This document shows, piece by piece, positions 60,580-64,000 of a DNA stretch of 64,000 bases. Each line of letters starts with the position of its first letter. Within the stretch, counting starts at the first letter, position 1. The notes under the pieces are model-generated. The model saw only the letters and a program-made list of their open reading frames with translations, was not told the origin of the DNA and did not search any database. The stretch comes from Piromyces finnis finn (taxonomy: Eukaryota; Fungi; Neocallimastigomycota), in contig MCFH01000098.1 in assembly GCA_002104945.1 (NCBI GenBank), positions 16,598 through 80,597 of the forward strand, written 5' to 3'. A program made the translations under genes and the position numbers.

Positions 60580-61149
60580 GAAGCTTTGTTTAGAACGGAA
60601 ACTTTCTATTGGATCTTCTGTTTATTTCCTCTTGGTGGCATGCCAATCTACTTCCTATACGACTGGCTATTGTTTGTAAGTTTATCAAGGTAGAAGGGCC
60701 AGGAAACATCTGAAGGATATGGGTGGCGATTCTATCGTCCAACCCATCAACAAAAGCATCCATCTTGGCTTGTTCATTCCAAGTGGATTTCATCAGCATA
60801 GTAGTTAAATTCCTTGATATACTCTTGAGTATTGGATAGGGCCATGTTGTTTGATCTTCTTGAGCTTTTGGTTGGCAGTATAGACCATATCCTGAAAACC
60901 AAAAGCAGCCTTCAGCTTTCCAACAAAGGCGCCATAATCCTGTAAGCAAGGATCATGGTTGTTAATCAAGGTAGCAGCCCAATTCATTGCATCCCCGTAG
61001 AGGCGACTAACGACGTAGAAGACCTTTTCCCCATCGTCCCTTCCTATTTCAGGATGGATCATAAAGATCATGTCCATTTTGGCTAAGAATCCCTTCAGGT
61101 AGCGACGGTTGCCATCAAAACCGTTCTTCAAATCAGCAGAGTTATCCAT
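60580..61149 (-). pseudogene. gag: G gag N-terminus (frameshifted, interrupted by D2)
   Basis: LKNGFDGNRRYLKGFLAK..SRLYGDAMNWAATL aligns with B Gag. Confidence 0.9.
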
Positions 61150-61593
61150 AAAAAAAATTAGAAGTAAGCAAATAAACGAGGCACTGAGGTAGCGATCTTT
61201 TTCTTAGAGTGTTTTATTGTAACGAAATATTATAATAATAAACACACACACTCTAATGTATCAAATATATGTATTTTTTTTAATAATGTTTATTTATTAA
61301 ATTTATTATTATAATACGACTAACTCGCTAGGTCAGTGTATTATCAAACTAAAGACGAAACAAAAAAAAACTAATTTTTATTAATTATTAATAAAAACAC
61401 TAAAGAACTATTTTATCTTTCTTATTCTCTCCTTTATACATGAAAATTATTTTTTTTTTTTTTTTTTAATACAATTTGATAAGTGAATTAATTACTTAAT
61501 GATTGGTTATAAAAATATAATTATGAAATTTTCATTAATCTAACCTTAATGATTTTCTAGTCTAACCCTTATCATTAGATATACCTCATTACA

Positions 61594-61699
61594 ATTGTGA
61601 TATAAATTTTATGGAAATTTACGGTACATTAATTTAATACATTATACATTATTTTAAATACGTATTAAATACATTATTCTATTAATACAATATTTTACA
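61594..61699 (-). repeat. C2 3-prime LTR, remainder
   Basis: Resumes the C LTR at ATTGTGATATAAATTTT and ends AATATTTTACA next to PPT AAGAAGAGGGGCA. Confidence 0.92.
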
Positions 61700-64000
61700 T
61701 GCCCCTCTTCTTAAGTCGAGCCCCTGACGACTTATATTTAAGGTATTCTTGGATCAATTGAGGGTCATCGATTTCATCTTCTTTAAGCCATGTACTTTCT
61801 GAAGGTAATAAGTTTTTCCAAACCATAAAGTAGTACTTAATTCCATTAACAACTTTTTCACTAACTATCTTCAATGGAATTCTTCCTTCAACAGAATCGG
61901 TAGCAATGTTTGGAATTCTAGAAGTTGATTCATTCACTTCAACTTCTCTTTCAACATAAGGTTCTAAGTTCGAAATATGGAAAACGGGATGACATCTTAA
62001 ACTTTCTGGTAGTTCCAATTATAAGAAATGGGTCCTGTTTTTTCAATAATCTTAAATGGTCCAAGTTTCTTATTTGTTAATTTTGGAGTCCTTTAGGAAG
62101 TAAGTCAGGACGCTTTAACCAAACTAAGTCACCAACCTTTAACTTAGGTCCAATAAGTCTAATACAATCGGCGTATTTCTTATATTTTCTTTGGCTTTTT
62201 CTAAGTTCTTCTTTAAAAATTTAATATTATCTTGCATCTGAGAGGCGTGCCTGTTAGCTCTTCTGTTGTCACTATCAGCAGGAATATCGGTATTAAATCT
62301 TGGATTTTGCCCATAATTTGCAAAGAATGGAGTTTGATTTATAGATTGCTGAAGTGTATTATTATACGCAAATTCGGCATAAGGCAGAAGATTCATCCAG
62401 TTATCTTTTCTTTTGTTAATGTAACATCTAAGAAATTGTTCTAATATACTATTTACACGTTCAGTCTGCCCGTCTGTTTGAGGATGGTGAGCACTCGAAA
62501 TATTGTGCTTAATGTTCAACAAAGTGCATAATCTTTGCCAAAATTCTGAAGTAAACTGGGTTCCTCGATCCGATATTATTTCATCAGGTAGACCGTGTAA
62601 ACGAAAAACTTCTCTAAAGAAAACATCAGCAGCAATTTGAGCAGTCGGAATCATTCTAAACGGAATAAAATGAGCCATCTTCGTTAATCTATCCACAACA
62701 ACCATTATAACTGTTTTTTCCTTTGACTTTGGCAAATCAGTTATAAAATCCATAGAAACAGAAGACCACGGTCTTTCAGGAGTTGGTAGCGGCTGTAAAA
62801 GTCCATAAGGTCTATGACGATCAACCTTAGCAGCTCCACAAACTTTACAAGAAGCAATAAACTTAACTATATCTTGAGTCATGTTTATCCAAACAAAGTT
62901 TCTTGTAATTAATTCTTTTGTTTTAATAATACCAAAATGACCATGAATTGGATTGTCATGATGCATTGAGATTATTATGTCTCTCATTTTCTTTGGTACA
63001 TAAATTAAACTTTTATACAAAAGAATTCCTTCTTCGCTTAACTTAAAATTCTTCATTAACTTCTTATACTTCTTACTTGCGGTAGATTTTCCTTGTAGAA
63101 TATTTATTAACTCCTTAATTTCTTCATCTTCTTTAATTTCTTTAATTAAATCTTCTTTAAGATTCCCTTGAATAGACACAAGACATAAAGTATCTTCGAT
63201 TTCTTTAACTGTCAAGCAAGAATAGGCTTCTTCGTCTTCTTTATTACTTTTATCTTCTTCATAATCAGGACGTCTTGAAAAAGCATCAGGTTTTCCACCT
63301 TCTTTACCCGGTCTATATTGTATTTTGAAATCATAACGGGTCAAAAACAAATTCCAGCGAATTTGTCTTTGCGACAATAGTTCAGGCTTTCTAGGAAAGG
63401 TAAGATTTTTATGATCCGTATAGATCATAAATTGATGCTTAGCTCCTTCTAAGTAGTGTCTCCATTGTTTCAAAGCTTCAATAACAGCCAAAAGTTCCTT
63501 ATCATAAATAGGATAATTCTTTTCCGATTTAGTCAATCCCCTTGAATAATAACAAATTGGATGAAGTTCATTATTATTCGGTAACCTTTGAGACAATACA
63601 GCACCAATTGCAAAATTACTTGCATCTGTCTCAACCACAAAAGGTAATTCAGGATCAGCATGAATTAAAATTGGTTCTTCGGTAAAGAATTTCTTTAAAG
63701 TACAAAAAGCTTCATTACATTCTTCTGACCAATGAAATTTAACATCTTTCTTTGTTAGATTATGTAACGGTTTAGCAATACCAGCAAAGTTTGGAATAAA
63801 TCTTCTATAATAATTACATAATCCGATAAATGATTGACTTCTTTAACAGATGTTGGTACAGGCCATTCCATAATAGCTTTAACCTTCTTTGGATCCATAG
63901 AGATTCCTTTATCTGAGATAACATGCCCTAAGAAAGTAGTTTCTGAAGTTTCAAATTCGCATTTACTAAGTTTTGCATATAAGCCATTTTCTTTTAATCT
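61695..64000 (-). pseudogene. pol: C2 pol 3-prime part (RT end, RNaseH, integrase, chromo-like domain), continuing beyond the window
   Basis: Highly similar to C1 from 37678 to about 39970, with several single-base deletions. Confidence 0.92.

Larger units (their letters stand above)
49862..61593 (-). mobile_element. Chromovirus G, complete, TSD ATTGT; LTRs 49862-50235 and 61218-61593; contains D2
   Basis: ATTGT at 49857-49861 and 61594-61598. TGTAATG..GTTACA termini. PPT GAGGAGGAGCT. Confidence 0.95.

Noticed and set aside
3646-62444. Numerous 60-120-aa ORFs antisense or alternate-frame to pol, or inside AT-rich LTRs
   Set aside because: Shadow ORFs with no domain motifs; they recur only because the parent elements are duplicated.
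51690-64000. Frameshifts in G, D2 and C2 as proof of pseudogenisation
   Set aside because: Most are single-base deletions, many in homopolymers, and concentrated in this part of the window. D2 has near-identical LTRs. Long-read consensus error is plausible; short-read polishing is needed.

Overview
The whole 64 kb is a very AT-rich eukaryotic nest of LTR retrotransposons with no recognisable host gene. Composition and element types suggest an anaerobic gut fungus (Neocallimastigomycota) or a similarly AT-rich lower eukaryote; this is inference only. By eye I resolved seven Ty3/Gypsy families (my labels A-G; A has LTR subtypes A1, A2 and A-prime) and one Ty1/Copia RT-RNaseH fragment. Most Gypsy families are chromoviruses. 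Four elements are complete with 5-bp target-site duplications (TSDs): D1 20400-26681 (TGCTG), C 36832-43500 (GTATC; apparently identical 835-bp LTRs, one intact 1522-aa ORF), G 49862-61593 (ATTGT) and D2 54313-60579 (GAAGC, nested in G). A solo A1 LTR also has a TSD (GTTCA). Main observations: (1) Six families or subtypes carry a Tf1-type self-priming primer-binding site (PBS) complementary to a 10-11-nt site in their own LTR. (2) The family-B LTR begins with a tRNA-like RNA Pol III unit (A box, B box, oligo-T). Three separate family-C insertions lie, or are inferred to lie, 36-37 nt upstream of that A box, which suggests one retrotransposon targets a promoter carried by another. (3) A1 twice sits exactly 5 bp upstream of an A2 LTR. 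(4) Family D is triply self-nested, producing a 595-bp LTR satellite. All alignments and structures were read manually and need computational confirmation.
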